Of a stretch of 64,000 bases of DNA, positions 1 to 11,938 are shown piece by piece. This DNA is from a plasmid: sequence record NZ_CP049261.1; one strand, given 5' to 3'. Positions within the stretch are counted from its first letter, which is position 1; each line of letters starts with the position of its first letter. The translations under genes and the position numbers were made by a program. A model generated the notes under the pieces. It had not been told where the DNA came from and searched no databases. It saw only the letters and a list, made by a program, of their open reading frames with translations.

Positions 1-780
1 AGACTCCCGCTGGCAGGCGTTGCAGGCGCGCTACCCGACGATGCGCGTCATGCAGGAAGATGGCTGGGTGGGCCTTTGCGACACGCAGGGACTATTCAGG
101 AAGAGAGCCTGATGGCGCTGCGCGTCAATCTGCTGTTCGACACGCCAGAAACACAGACCAACGTGCTGGTGAGCCTGACTCAGGCCGCGCCGGACGGCGG
201 CGACAGCCTGCTGGCCTGCGCCGTGCGCCGCCTCAGTGAACGCCTCAGCCTGCCGCTCGCACAGGCGGCGCGCTGCTGGGTGCAGGCGTACTGCGAACGC
301 ATTCTGCTGCCGCTTTTCAGCGCCGAAGCCGATTACGGCCTGGTGCTGCTGGCGCATCAGCAAAACATTCTGGTGGAGATGCAGCAGGATCTGCCGGTCG
401 GCCTGATTTATCGCGACTGTCAGGGCAGCGGGTTCACCGATGGCGCGCTGCTGTGGCTTGCGGAGGCCGGCGAGCCGGAAGCGGAAAACCGCTTCAGCGA
501 AGCCCAGCTGCTGCGCTACTTCCCGTATTACCTGCTGGTGAATTCCACGCTGGCGGTGACCGCCGCGCTGGGTGCCGCCGGGTTGAGAGCGAAGAAAACC
601 TGATGGCGCTGGTGCGTGACGCGCTCGCGCAACTGCGAGCCACCGCGCGCGACACCCGCTGTCTCGATTATGTGCTGGAGAGCCGCCACTGGAACTGCAA
701 GGGCAACTTCTTCTGCTATCTGCACGATCACAATGAAAACACCATCGCCGACCGGCGGTCATCTACTTTAACTTCGACAA
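1..780 (+). pseudogene. iucA: IucA/IucC-family siderophore synthetase, 3' part (aerobactin iucA-like), enters window truncated; at least one frame switch near 600
   Basis: ORFs 76..603 and 453..809 read as C-terminal IucA/IucC-family sequence in two frames; position before acetyltransferase/synthetase/hydroxylase/receptor genes matches iucABCD-iutA order. Confidence 0.55.
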
Positions 781-798
781 TCCGTTGCAGGAGCACGC

Positions 799-1744
799 AT
801 GATGCCTGAAGCGCACATTGTTCATGACGGTTACGGTTTTCGCTGCGCGACGCTCAATCTGGCGCTGCCGCTGACCCTCGGGCTTGACGGCAGCGCCGTA
901 CTGCATCATCCGGGCGACGTGCCAGACGGGTGGCTGGCGGCCGCTCTCGATCAGTTGTTTGTCGCGGCGCCTGCCCTCACGGGCATTACGCTGCCGTGGC
1001 GCAGTGGCGCGATGAGCCGCAGGCGCAGGCGCTGTTTGACGCCGTGCAGTGCGATTATCTGGCGCGCGACACGTTCTGGCAGCTGCCGCTGTGGCTGCGC
1101 GGCGAACGCATCGCCGCACGTGCGGGAATACAGTTTGACGAGACGCGCCAGCTCGCGTTCCCGGCGCGTCCGCCGCGCCAGAAGGCGACGTCTATCGCCG
1201 CTACGATCCGCAAATCAAACGCATGCTCAGTTTCCGCGTGGCGGATGTGTCGCAGATGCGGAGCGTTTACCCGCTGGATGAACGCGCCGCGCGTGAACGC
1301 CTTCTGGGAGATGGCCGGGCCGCAGGCGGAGCAGGAAAAATATCTGCGTAAGCAGCTCGACGCGACGTACTGCTACCCGCTGATCGGCTGCTTCGACGAC
1401 GAACCTTTCGGCTATTTGAAATTTACTGGGCTGCGGAAGACCGTATCGGCCGCCACTACCGCTGGCAGCCGTTCGATCGCGGGCTGCACATGCTGGTCGG
1501 CGAAGAGCAGTGGCGCGGCGCGCAGTACATCCGCAGCTGGCTGCGCGGGCTCAGCCACTATCTGTGGCTGGACGAGCCGCGCACGCAGCGTCTGGTGGCG
1601 GAACCGCGCTTCGATAACCAGCGTCTGTTCCGCCATCTGCCGGTCGCCGGTTTTGAAACCGTGAAAGAGTTCGATTTCCCGCACAAGCGCTCGCGGCTGG
1701 TGATGAGCCAGCGCAGCCGTTTCTTCAGCGAGGTGGGACTATGA
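799..1744 (+). pseudogene. iucB: N6-hydroxylysine acetyltransferase IucB-like, split over >=3 frames
   Basis: ORFs 799..1281, 930..1664, 1490..1744 together recapitulate IucB-like sequence (…WQLPLWL…, C-terminal …DEPRTQR…FDFPHKRSR…SEVGL) but in shifting frames. Confidence 0.65.
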
Positions 1745-3479
1745 CGGCCTTGCTTTGGGAGCGCGTAAACCGCGAGATGGTGGCGAAAATGCTCGCCGAG
1801 CTGGAATATGAACGCACGCTGACGGCGCAGGAGACAGACGCAGAACGCTGGACGATTGCGCTTGGCGATGAGACCTGGACATTTGACGCGAAGCGCGGCA
1901 TCTGGGGCTGGCTGCATATCAACCGGCGACGCTCGCAAACGAAAGCGGCAGCGCCATTGAGGCTGAAAGCGCCCTGCGCCAGCTGGCCGTGTGCTGAAAA
2001 TGAGCGATGCGCAGACGGCGGAGCATCTCGAAGATCTCTATGCCACGCTCAGGGGCGATATGCAGTTGCTCCAGGCTCGTGAAGGCTAAACGCCGACGCG
2101 CTTGTCGATATGGATCCGGATGAACTGCAGTGCCTGATGTCAGGCCATCCGAAATTTATCTTCAACAAAGGGCGTCGCGGCTGGGGCTGGATGCGCTGAA
2201 GGCTTACGCGCCGGAATACCGTGGCCGTTTTCGCCTGCACTGGGTGGCGGTACGCCGTGACCTGATGATCTGGAGCAGCGACGCCGACTGCGACATCAAT
2301 AACCTGCTGGCAAGCGCGATGGACGACAGCGAACGCCAGCGTTTTACCCGTTACTGGCAGGCGCTCACTCTGGATGACCACTGGCTGCCGGTGCCGCTGC
2401 ATCCGTGGCAGTGGCAGCAGAAAATCGCCCTGCATTTCCTGCCGCAGCTGGCGCGTGGTGAAATTATCGATCTCGGCGTGTTTGGCGATGAATACATCGC
2501 CCAGCAGTCGCTGCGCACGCTGACCAACGTCAGTCGCCGCTCGGCGTTCGATATCAAACTGCCGCTCACCATTTACAACACCTCCTGCTATCGCGGCATT
2601 CCCGGCAAATACATCGCCGCGGGCCGCTCGCCTCGCGCTGGCTGCAACAGCAGTTCGCCGCTGATAAAACGCTGCTGGCACTGGGCGCGCAGATCCTCGG
2701 CGAGCCTGCGGCCGGTTACGTGACCCACACGGGCTACGCTGCCCTGCAAACCGCGCCCTATCGCTATCAGGAGATGTTTGGCGTGATCTGGCGGGAAAAC
2801 CCCTCCTGCTGGCTGCGCCCTGGCGAACAGGCCGTGCTAATGCCGCGCTGATGGAAACCGACAACGCGGGCCGTCCGCTGATTGACGCGTGGATCGCCCG
2901 CTCGGGCCTGAGCGCCGAAGCGTGGCTTTCACAGCTCTTCCGCGTGGTTGTTATTCCTTTTATCACTTGTTGTGCCGCTACGGCGTGGCGATGATCGCCC
3001 ACGGCCAGAACGTGACGCTGGTGATGAAAGACCATGTGCCGCAGCGCATTCTGCTGAAGGATTTCCAGGGCGATATGCGTCTTGTGGATGAAACGTTCCC
3101 GGAAATGGAGAGCCTGCCCGAGCCGGTCAAAGCCGTCACGGCGCGCCTTTCTGCTGATTACATTATTCACGATTTACAGACCGGGCATTTTGTTACGGTG
3201 CTGCGTTTTGTTTCGCGCCTGACTGAACAATGCGGCGTCAGCGAAACCCGGTTCTATCGCCTGCTCGCGGACGTGCTGCAGGACTATATGGCCGCGCACC
3301 CGGAGATGGCGGCGCGCTTCGCGCTGTTTGATCTCTTTAAACCGCAGATCATTCGCGTGGTGCTGAACCCGGTAAAGCTCACTTTCTCAGAGCATGACGG
3401 CGGCAGCCGCATGTTGCCCAATTACCTCACCGATCTTGATAACCCGCTGTATCTGGTCACCAGGGAGACCGCATCATGA
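1741..3479 (+). pseudogene. iucC: IucA/IucC-family synthetase (iucC-like), frame-disrupted (ORFs 1741..2082, 2130..2723, 2889..3479)
   Basis: ATGA overlap with upstream gene; three consecutive ORF pieces of one ~580-aa synthetase; contains IucA/IucC-type motifs (LHPWQWQ, FhuF-like C-terminus). Confidence 0.65.
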
Positions 3480-4793
3480 AAACGTACGATTTCATCGGCA
3501 TTGGCATCGGCCCGTTCAATCTCAGCATCGCCGCGCTCGCCGAAGGCTTGACGGCTTCAGCTCGCTGTTTCTTGAACGCAAACCGCACTTCTCCTGGCAT
3601 CCGGCATGATGGTGCCGGACTGCCATATGCAGACCAGTTTCCTGAAAGATCTGGTCAGCGCGGTGGAGCCAACCAACCGTTACAGTTTTCTGAATTACCT
3701 GGTGCAGCGTAAAAAGTTTTACCGTTTCCTGACCACCGAACAGCGCACGGTGTCCGCGAAGAGTTCGCCGATTACCTCTGCTGGGCGGCGGATAACCTGA
3801 GCAATCTGTCGTTCAGCCAGCAGGTGCAGCAGGTGAGTTTTAACGAGGCCAGCGGGCTGTTTGAAGTGGTGACCCAGCGCGATCGTTTCTTCGCACGCCA
3901 CGTCTGCATGGGCATCGGCAAACAGATTAACCTGCCCGACTGTGTGCCGGCGCAGAACGACAGTTGCTTCCACGCCAGCGAAATGATGCTGCGTACGCCA
4001 TCGCTTGCCGGTAAGCGCGTCACGGTCGTTGGCGGCGGCCAGAGCGGCGCCGATCTGTTCCTGAATATTTTCCGCGGCGAGTGGGCCAGCCCGCGGCACT
4101 GAACTGGGTGTCGCGCCGCAACAATTACAACGCGCTCGATGAAGCCGCGTTCGCGAATGAATATTTCACGCCGGAATACCTTGAAAGCTTTGCCACGCTC
4201 GATGAGAAAACGCGCTGCGATCTGCTCGCCGAACAGAAGATGACGTCTGACGGCGTGACCTGCGAATCGCTGCTCGCTATCTATCGCGCCATGTACCACC
4301 GCTTTGAAGTGCTGCGTGAAAAACCCTGGGCGCAGCTGCTGCCGTCGCGCTCGGTCACCCGCGTGACGTCACAGGCGCAGGGCCAGCGTCTGTCGCTGCG
4401 CCATCATCTGGACGGCGGCCAGGAAACGCTGGATACCGATGTGGTGATTTTCGCGACCGGCTATCGCCCTGCCCGTCCGGCGTTCCTCGCCCGCTGGCGC
4501 ATCGGCTGGAGCTGGACGAACGCGAAGGCTTCCGGGTTAATACCGATTTCACGCTGGCGTGGAACGGCCCCGGCGCAAACCATCTTTTTGCCGTCAATGC
4601 CGGGATGCACAGCCTCGGCATTGCGGAACCCCAGCTCAGCCTGATGGCCTGGCGGGCCGCGCGCATTCTCAATGTCGCGCACCCTGATGCGCCGTTTGAA
4701 CTGAGCACCACCCCTGGCGTGATCCAGTGGCTTTCCCGGCCGGAAACGGTCACCCGCCAGGTTTCTCAACCTGTAAACAGCACTGACTACTAA
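3476..4793 (+). pseudogene. iucD: Lysine N6-hydroxylase (IucD-like FAD monooxygenase), >=4 frame disruptions
   Basis: N-terminus MKTYDFIGIGIGPFNLSIAAL (FAD-binding GxGxxN), pieces in ORFs 3476..3712, 3606..3800, 3824..4102, 4081..4644, 4605..4793 align collinearly to IucD as I recall it. Confidence 0.7.
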
Positions 4794-4815
4794 CAGACTC
4801 AGGAACATCATAACA

Positions 4816-7007
4816 ATGAAGCGTCATCATCTTTGGGTATTGAATCCTTGTTTACTTGCCATGATTTCTGCCTCCGCCTGGGGGGCACCGCAGAAAGAAG
4901 AGACGCTGGTGGTTGCCGCCAGCCGTACCGGACACAGCGCGGCGGATATGGCACAGACCACGTGGGTTATCGAACAGGCTGACATTGAACAGCAGGTTCA
5001 GGGCGGTAAAGAGTTAAAAGAAGTGCTGGCACAGCTGATCCCCGGCATGGATGTCAGCAGTCAGGGGCGCACCAATTACGGCATGAACATGCGTGGCCGC
5101 TCCATGATGGTGATGGTTGACGGCGTGCGTCTGAACTCCTCACGCAGCGACAGCCGCCAGCTGGATTCCATCGATCCGTTTAACATTGAGCGCATCGAAG
5201 TTATCTCCGGTGCGACCTCGCTGTACGGCGGTGGCAGCACCGGCGGTCTTATCAATATCGTGACCAAAAAAGGCCAGCCGGAGACGCAGGTTGAGTTCCA
5301 GACCGGGATGAAAACCGCTTTAACAGCCATAACGATCATGACGAAAATATGGCGGCAGCGGTGAGCGGCGGCAATGACAATGCCTCCGGGCGTCTGTCCG
5401 TCGCCTATCAGCGCTATGGCGGCTGGTACGACGGTAACGGCGATGAATCCATTATCGATAACACCCAGACCGGCCTGCAGTATTCTGACCGACTGGACGT
5501 GATGGGCACCGGCACGCTCAATATTGATGATCACCAGCAGCTGCAGCTCACCACGCAATACTACAAAAGCCAGTCCGACGGTAAACACGGCCTGTTCCTC
5601 GGCGAGAATTTCTCAGCGGTCACCGGCAACGGCACCGCCTACAACAAAGGCAATCTGGATTCAGACCGTCTGCCCGGCACTGAACGCCACCTGATTAATC
5701 TGCAGTATTCAAATTCTGATGCCTGGGCCAGGATCTGGTCGCACAGATTTACTACCGCGATGAGAGCCTGACCTATTACCCGTTCCCGACGCTGAACGGC
5801 GATAAAACGCGGGTAACCAGCATTGGTGCCTCACAGCAGAAAACGGATTTCTGGGGCGGCAAACTCACAGTCAACAGCAAGCCGCTGGATTCCCTTTCTC
5901 TGACCTATGGTGTGGATGCCGAGCATGAAACCTTTAATGCCAACCAGCAGTTTTTCGATCTGAATAAAGCGGCCGCCAGCGGCGGCATGAAGCTTGATAA
6001 CGCATATAACGTCGGGCGCTACCCGGATTACAGCATTACGAACCTGGCTCCGTTCCTGCAGGCAAGTTATGACATCGATGCGATCACGTTAAGCGGCGGT
6101 GTGCGCTATCAGTACACCGAGAATAAGGTCGATGATTTTGTCGGTTATACCCAGCAGCAGGGCATCGCCACCGGTAAAGCGACGTCTGCGGATGCCGTGC
6201 CGGGCGGCAAAACGGATTACAACAATCTGCTGTTTAACGCCGGTATTCTCGGCCACCTGAGTGAACGTCAGCAGCTGTGGTTTAACTTCTCACAGGGGTT
6301 CGAACTGCCCGATCTCGCCAAATATTATGGCTCCGGCACCTATCGTCTTGAGAATGGCCACTACCGTTTGCTCAAAAGCGTTAACGTGAATGACTCGCGT
6401 CTGGACGGTATTAAAGTCGACAGCTATGAGCTCGGCTGGCGTTACACCGGCGATAACCTGCGTACCCAGCTCGCGGCGTACTACTCGGTTTCTGACAAGA
6501 CCATTAACATTAACAAGACCGATATGACCATCACCCTGGATGACGACAAGCGTCGTATCTATGGGCTTGAAGGCCAGGTCGATTACTTCTTCAGTGACAG
6601 CGCGTGGAGCACCGGCGCGAACTTTAACGCCATCAAATCGGAAACCCGCGTGGACGGCGACTGGAAAAAGCTGACGGTCGACAGCGCCAGCCGTCTAAAG
6701 TCAGCGCCTGGGTTAACTGGGCACCGGATAACTGGACCCTGCGCCTGCAGAGCACCCAGACATTCGATGTGTCTGATGATGCCGGTAAGAAAATCGACGG
6801 CTATAACACGATGGACTTTATCGGCAGCTATGCGCTCCCGGTCGGTAAAATCGCGTTCAGTGTCGAAAACCTGCTGGATAAGGATTACACCACCGTCTGG
6901 GTCAGCGCGCGCCAGGATTGTACAGTCCGACTTATGGCTCACCGGATCTCTATACCTACAAAGGCCGCGGTCGTACGTTTGGCCTGAATTATTCCGTTCT
7001 GTTCTGA
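4816..7007 (+). pseudogene. iutA: TonB-dependent ferric-aerobactin receptor IutA-like, several frame disruptions
   Basis: Signal peptide, TonB-box-like ETLVVAA, plug domain, C-terminal ...GRTFGLNYSVLF; ORFs 4816..5364, 5349..5771, 5912..(~6700), 6769.., final frame ending 7007. Confidence 0.7.
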
Positions 7008-7024
7008 TTACCGCCACACCACAC

Positions 7025-7052
7025 AGGCCGCCTGAGCGCGGCCTTTTTTATT
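7025..7052 (+). terminator. Rho-independent terminator after iutA (aggccgc-ctgagc-gcggcct + T-run)
   Basis: GC stem-loop followed by ttttttatt directly downstream of iutA stop. Confidence 0.6.
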
Positions 7053-7254
7053 GCCGCTTTCTGAAGATGTCTCGCAAAAACGCGCTCGCCGGCAGGGCTC
7101 ACCGTAGTGGTTATTGATTTCCGTTCTTTCCGTGTTGTGTGCCTTAGCTTTTGGCTGATAACTCTTCCCGAACTACCTGAAACGATCTTCTTTTCCCGTC
7201 ATTTGGGCTTTTCTGCCTTCGCCGTCCGCTGAAATTTCTGGCAGGAAAGGCGTC

Positions 7255-7525
7255 ATAAGCATGGCGATTTCACCGTGAAATAATTCATAAATACCATTTA
7301 AAATCAAATACTTAACCTCATAATCAGCGTGGCGAAATGCGTGAAATTTCAGTACGTGCGGCAGCAGACGTTAACACATCCACTGTAGAGAGCAGGCGAA
7401 CAAGTCAGAGGCGATGCTGTGGAATAAAGAAAGGCGAGGCGAATAGTGGCGATTTCACCGTGAAATCCGTTCAGGAAAAAACGTTATTTCAGGGCGTTAA
7501 CGGTGAAATCACCATGGCGAGCAGG
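7255..7525. other. parS-like partition site region: repeated TGGCGATTTCACCGTGAAAT modules (P1 box A ATTTCAC / box B TCGCCA type) flanking an AT-rich IHF-like spacer
   Basis: Copies near 7262, 7336 (variant), 7447 and inverted near 7496; located immediately downstream of parB as in P1 parABS. Confidence 0.55.
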
Positions 7526-7533
7526 CAGCCCGC

Positions 7534-8502
7534 TCAGGAGAGATGCTTCTTCAGAACGCTTTCAATGGCCTGGTCGAGTTCATCCTGTACGTCACGCGAC
7601 AGGCGGTTGAACTCATAGCTGAAGAGTCGTCCTTTAGTGCGCTTACGGGCGAAACGGTCTTTATCAGAGAAACGCCAGAGCGGGGAAATAACCGCTTTGT
7701 CTTTCGGGCCCGGCGACGTGAGCAGCTCCCCTTCACGCGCGATAATGCGCATGATGCGGTTCTTCACTTCATCTTCCGCCAGATCGGTGTCTGATAGTAC
7801 GATATCCACTTCACTGGCGATGGAATCGGTCAGTGTTTTCAGTGCGATGTCATTTTTCAGCAGCGTTTCTTCGACAGCGCTCAGCGTTTTATAGTCGCTG
7901 AATGTCAGCTCGGACTGAACCGGGAAGAACGCCAGCAATTCAGCACAGACCGACGCCGCCTGTAAAGCGCGGGTGACTTTAGCCTGCGACAGCCCTTCCT
8001 GCTCGGCTATCTCTTTCTGACTCAGGCCTGCGTTTTTCAGCGCCATCAGCCGCAATCCGATTTCACGGATGTTGTGCTCTTTTGCCGTCTGGATATCTTT
8101 GGCGAGCTTGCGCGCCTCTTCTGATGTCAGCGCCGCTTCCGTCACCAGTACAGTCAGACCAGTATGACAGATGAGTGCCGCTGCACGACGGCGGGAGCCG
8201 TCCAGAATTTCAATACGGTCACCCGCTTTCACGCCAATCGCCGGAAAGAACTGCTGGAATTTCAGCGTGCGGGTGATATCGCGCAGCGATTCCGGCGTCA
8301 GCGCTGACTGCTCGCGCCCGTTGGTTTCCTGACGAACGAAGGTTTTTTCCGCCACATCCGCAGGCGCGACGCTTTCCAGCCGGAAGGTGGCTTTACGCCC
8401 GGAACTGAGTACAAACACTGACGTGAAAGTTTCAGCGTCCGTGCTCTCTTTAAACGGGGAATGGGTGAGTGTACGGCCAATCGTGACTCTTTTTGTGCTC
8501 AT
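7534..8502 (-). CDS. parB: ParB partition protein, P1/P7 type (322 aa)
   Basis: Collinear similarity to P1 ParB as recalled (…KFQQFFPAIG…ILDGSRRR…GLSQAKVTRALQAAS…FPVQSELTFSDYKTL…DKDRFARKR…FSYEFNRLS). Confidence 0.85.
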   Translation of the reverse strand: MSTKRVTIGRTLTHSPFKESTDAETFTSVFVLSSGRKATFRLESVAPADVAEKTFVRQETNGREQSALTPESLRDITRTLKFQQFFPAIGVKAGDRIEILDGSRRRAAALICHTGLTVLVTEAALTSEEARKLAKDIQTAKEHNIREIGLRLMALKNAGLSQKEIAEQEGLSQAKVTRALQAASVCAELLAFFPVQSELTFSDYKTLSAVEETLLKNDIALKTLTDSIASEVDIVLSDTDLAEDEVKNRIMRIIAREGELLTSPGPKDKAVISPLWRFSDKDRFARKRTKGRLFSYEFNRLSRDVQDELDQAIESVLKKHLS

Positions 8503-8509
8503 AGTATTC

Positions 8510-9708
8510 TCAGCTCATACGAATAAATTCAATGCGATCAAAAACCGCTTTGGCGAAATCTTCAGCCGCGGCACGCGCATTTTTCAGCGCCTCGCTGCTG
8601 CCGATGTAAGTGGCGGGGTTTGCGGAAATCACCGTATCAAATGACTCTCCGCAGCGCTCAAAGCCGTCCAGGCGGGGCAGGGCGACATCCAGCATATCGC
8701 CGCCGAAAATCTCCTTGGCGAGGCTGTGGCAGAGCTTGTGGTCGGCCTTGTTGAGCAGCTTCGACATAAAGCCGATGTTTTTCTGCAGTCTCACCCGACA
8801 GCCGGACTCTTCGATCAGCGCGATGAGCTCCGGCAGACGCGTCAGGTATTTGAGCGTCGAGTGGAAATCTACCTGCGCAGGTGGCACCGGTGTAAACAGA
8901 ACGTCCGAGGCGGCAATCGCGTTCATCAGGAACGCGTCCAGATGCGGGCCGCTGTCGACAAAGATAAAGTCGTAGTCTCTGGCAATCTTATCGATGATGT
9001 TCTGGCGCAGGACACCATAAATACTGGTGCCCGGCAGATGCTCCGCACAGAGCTCTTCCCAGCGAGAGGCGATAAAGGCGTCTTCAATAGAAGCTGGCAT
9101 CACATCCACGCCCGGCACAATCGACGGCACAATAAATTCTTCCAGCAGTTCTTCACGCGACACATTCTGCAGCATGGCCTGCGCGCTGGTGGTATCGACA
9201 GTGCCGACCGCGCGGGTGTGATTAAGGAACATGGTTGCGGAAGACTGCGGATCGAGATCGACCACCAGAATGCGCAGATCTTCAAACAGCAGGTGAGGAT
9301 GCACACGGAGCGCATGGGCAAGGGAAACCGTGGAAACCGTTTTGGAGACGCCGCCTTTCAGATTACCAACAAAAATGGTGAACGCTTCATCATGACGGTC
9401 GCGGTATTTAGGCACGCCACGGTGATGGTAGAGATCGATAATATTCTGAACGGACATCGCATACTTGGTGGAAGAGCCCGCCGCGCGTTTATCAAAGACG
9501 TATCCGTTTGCTTCCATCTCACTGACGGCGTAATCAACGCTGGCGCGGGTCAGTCGCGGAAGTTTGGCCAGTGCCGCTTTGGCGTAGACCTGATAGAAGG
9601 TGTTTTCCTGAAGCTCATCTTTCTGATGCTGGATCTGCTCGGTCAGCCGAGAAGCATTCTTTCTGAACGTTCGGCAACTTTCGTTAACTGCTGCTCATTA
9701 TCCATCAT
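8510..9708 (-). CDS. parA: ParA partition ATPase, P1 type; intact 335-aa ORF 8510..9517 (Walker A KGGVSKT) with N-terminal HTH extension (9518..9708) in another frame (1-bp indel near 9655)
   Basis: Strong collinear match to P1 ParA from MEANGYVFDKR onward; upstream segment MMDNEQQLTKVAERSERML.. / ..LTEQIQHQKDELQENTFYQVYAKAALAKLPRLTRASVDYAVSEM matches P1 ParA N-terminus but frame-shifted. Confidence 0.8.
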
Positions 9709-9934
9709 AACACTCACTGTATGCAGGATTTATTAATTTAAACGAAAATACAGCATAAAAGTCAGGTAGTAAACATAAATGTTGTACTTGTGTGCGCGTG
9801 TTCAAATCGCTGACGTCATAAGAGGTTAGTGCCAGAATCAGCAGCGCTCACCGCAAAAACGAACGTGCGTCAGCCGTTCGTTTGAGGAAGCGCAAAAGAG
9901 CGGAGGTTAAATGGGGCGTGGGATGCATATGACA

Positions 9935-10047
9935 TGATTTTATCCACAGGCCAGATCTAAGTTTTCGATCCAGATAAGATCCCTTATATGATCCTTAAAG
10001 ATCCCTTTTCTGAATTTCTTAATACGATCAGAAGGTTGCGGCAGTTT
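9935..10047. other. oriR-like origin core: DnaA box TTATCCACA (~9940) followed by five GATC sites at ~11-bp spacing (9954-10003)
   Basis: Directly read; architecture matches P1/RepFIB origins (DnaA boxes + Dam-methylation cluster upstream of iterons). Confidence 0.55.
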
Positions 10048-10530
10048 CTAACCACTATAGCGAGCAGAACATCCACTGAAGCGAGCCGGATAACCACTGT
10101 AGCGAGGAGAGTAACGGCTGAAGAGAGTGCCTGGCATCCACTGTAGCGAGTAAAACGCAGGACTTTTCCATGACGGCCCTCTCTTTATAACTGACTGTAT
10201 TAAAAAGGGTTTCACCTTCTTCTTGTCAAGTTACTCCTGCGCATCAACATGTTTATTCACAGAGTCAGTACGTCTTTTATGTCTGGCTGCGGGTGACTGT
10301 AACAGACTGACATGCTCCTGTATGCGTTCGGGCTATCCACTATAGCGAGTAAATGACTGGATCCTGTCACGCTATCAACTAAAACAACCACTACGGAGAG
10401 TAAATAACCACTGTAGTGAGCAAACATCCACTGTGGAGAGTAAACAGCGCGGATAAGCATGTGACATATCCACTATGGTGAGTGATACTCTCACTGGCGA
10501 AGATAATAACCACTATGGTGAGTAAGCACC
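10048..10530 (+). repeat. Origin iterons: ~11 copies of an ~19-bp repeat with core (A/T)CCACT(G/A)T(A/G)G(C/T)GAG
   Basis: Copies at ~10052, 10073, 10093, 10136, 10332, 10384, 10403, 10422, 10470, 10507 (+degenerate 10114); last ones abut repA start. Confidence 0.65.
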
Positions 10531-10556
10531 GGTATTCAGGACAGGAGACCCCGCAC

Positions 10557-11570
10557 GTGGCTGATGAAGAGAACATCAATATCAACGATGCCTTCAGTGA
10601 ACTGGATCGTAAAACCGGCGAAGTGGTCACGCTGATGCCGAACCGTAACAACACGGTACAGCCGGTCGCGCTGATGCGCCTTGGCCTGTTTGTCCCGACG
10701 CTGAAATCCACCGCCCGTGGCCGTAAAGGGCAGATGTCCTCGATGGATGTGACAGAAGAGCTGAAACAGCTCTCGCTCGTTAAATCTGAAGGCTACGAGA
10801 ATATCAAAATCACCGGTGCCCGCCTGGACATGGATAACGACTTCAAAACCTGGGTCGGGATCATCCATGCTTTCGCCAAATACAACGTGCTTGGCGACAG
10901 CGTGACGCTGCCGTTTGTGGAGTTCGTGAAGCTGTGCGGTATTCCTTCGGCGCGTTCGTCGGCAAAGCTGCGTAAACGTCTTGATGCCTCGCTGACCCGT
11001 ATCGCCACTAATACCATCTCCTTCAGCAATAAAGAAGGGGAGTATTACGTCACGCACCTGGTGCAGTCCGCCAAGTACAGTGCCAAAAAGGATGAAGTGA
11101 CGCTGCAGGCCGATCCGAAAATCTTTGAGCTATACCAGTTCGATAAAAAAGTTCTGCTGCAGCTGCGGGCCATTAATGAGCTGTCGCGTAAGGAATCGGC
11201 TCAGGCGCTGTATACGTTTATTGAGAGCTTGCCGCCTAACCCTGCGCCTGTCTCCCTTGCACGCCTGCGCGCGCGCCTGAATCTCACCTCCCGCACCATC
11301 ACGCAGAACTCCACCGTGCGTAAGGCGATGGAGCAGCTCAAGGAGATTGGCTATCTCGATTACACCGAGATCAAGCGCGGGCGGGTAGTCTACTTTCATA
11401 TCCACTACAGAAGGCCAAAACTTCGCCCACAAAGCCTGCCAGGCGCGCTGCCTGCCGGTGACGAGTTGCCGGTAGAAAACAGCGCTGTACCGGAAGAGCA
11501 GGGCGAAATGGTGATGCTGACCAAAGAAGAGCTGGCGCTGCTGGAAAAAATCCGTAAAGGCCAGATCTGA
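10557..11570 (+). CDS. repA: RepFIB/P1-family replication initiator RepA (start GTG at 10557 after RBS aggaga; longer ORF from 10482 overlaps iterons)
   Basis: …[21 protein letters not shown]…[22 protein letters not shown]…[13 protein letters not shown]…[27 protein letters not shown]…[10 protein letters not shown] matches RepFIB/P1 RepA as recalled. Confidence 0.85.
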   Translation: MADEENININDAFSELDRKTGEVVTLMPNRNNTVQPVALMRLGLFVPTLKSTARGRKGQMSSMDVTEELKQLSLVKSEGYENIKITGARLDMDNDFKTWVGIIHAFAKYNVLGDSVTLPFVEFVKLCGIPSARSSAKLRKRLDASLTRIATNTISFSNKEGEYYVTHLVQSAKYSAKKDEVTLQADPKIFELYQFDKKVLLQLRAINELSRKESAQALYTFIESLPPNPAPVSLARLRARLNLTSRTITQNSTVRKAMEQLKEIGYLDYTEIKRGRVVYFHIHYRRPKLRPQSLPGALPAGDELPVENSAVPEEQGEMVMLTKEELALLEKIRKGQI

Positions 11571-11705
11571 ATATCCACTGTAGTGAGTACGGCATGTGGA
11601 GATTTTACTCTTATGCTCGCTACAGTGGATTTTGCTATCTATAGTGGATGTTACTCTCCTTAGTGGATGTTTCACGCCTGTATACTCTCTACAGTGGATA
11701 CAAAG
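11571..11705. repeat. incA-like downstream iteron array (1 direct + 4 inverted copies of the same CCACTGTAGNGAG iteron)
   Basis: 11571 atccactgtagtgag; inverted copies at ~11612, 11640, 11660, 11685. Confidence 0.55.
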
Positions 11706-11938
11706 CTCATGTGCCACATTGGATCCTGAAACACCGTGAATAATCTGGCGATTTCAGCGTGAAACTCTGATTCTTAATTCTGTAAAAACAGCGAGTTAGA
11801 GGTAAAAGAGCGTGGCGAGTGATTACCTTCATAATTTTCCGCGAGTCTTCTGTCTTTTCCATAACGGAAACAGGGGGCCTTTACCGTTTTAGCATGGCGG
11901 TCTGTGACCGGAACCGCTTTTTTGCAGGGAATGACGTT

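Noticed and set aside
2049-3170. 373-aa minus-strand ORF
   Set aside because: It is antisense to iucC and is a high-GC shadow ORF rich in Arg/Ala.
8726-9736. 336-aa ORF on plus strand
   Set aside because: It lies entirely antisense to the well-supported parA and has an arbitrary composition. It is a spurious shadow ORF.
10048-11705. Regularly spaced short direct repeats that could be mistaken for a CRISPR array
   Set aside because: The repeats are about 19 bp with variable, non-unique spacers. They flank a RepA gene and sit next to a DnaA box and a GATC cluster, so they are plasmid iterons, not CRISPR.
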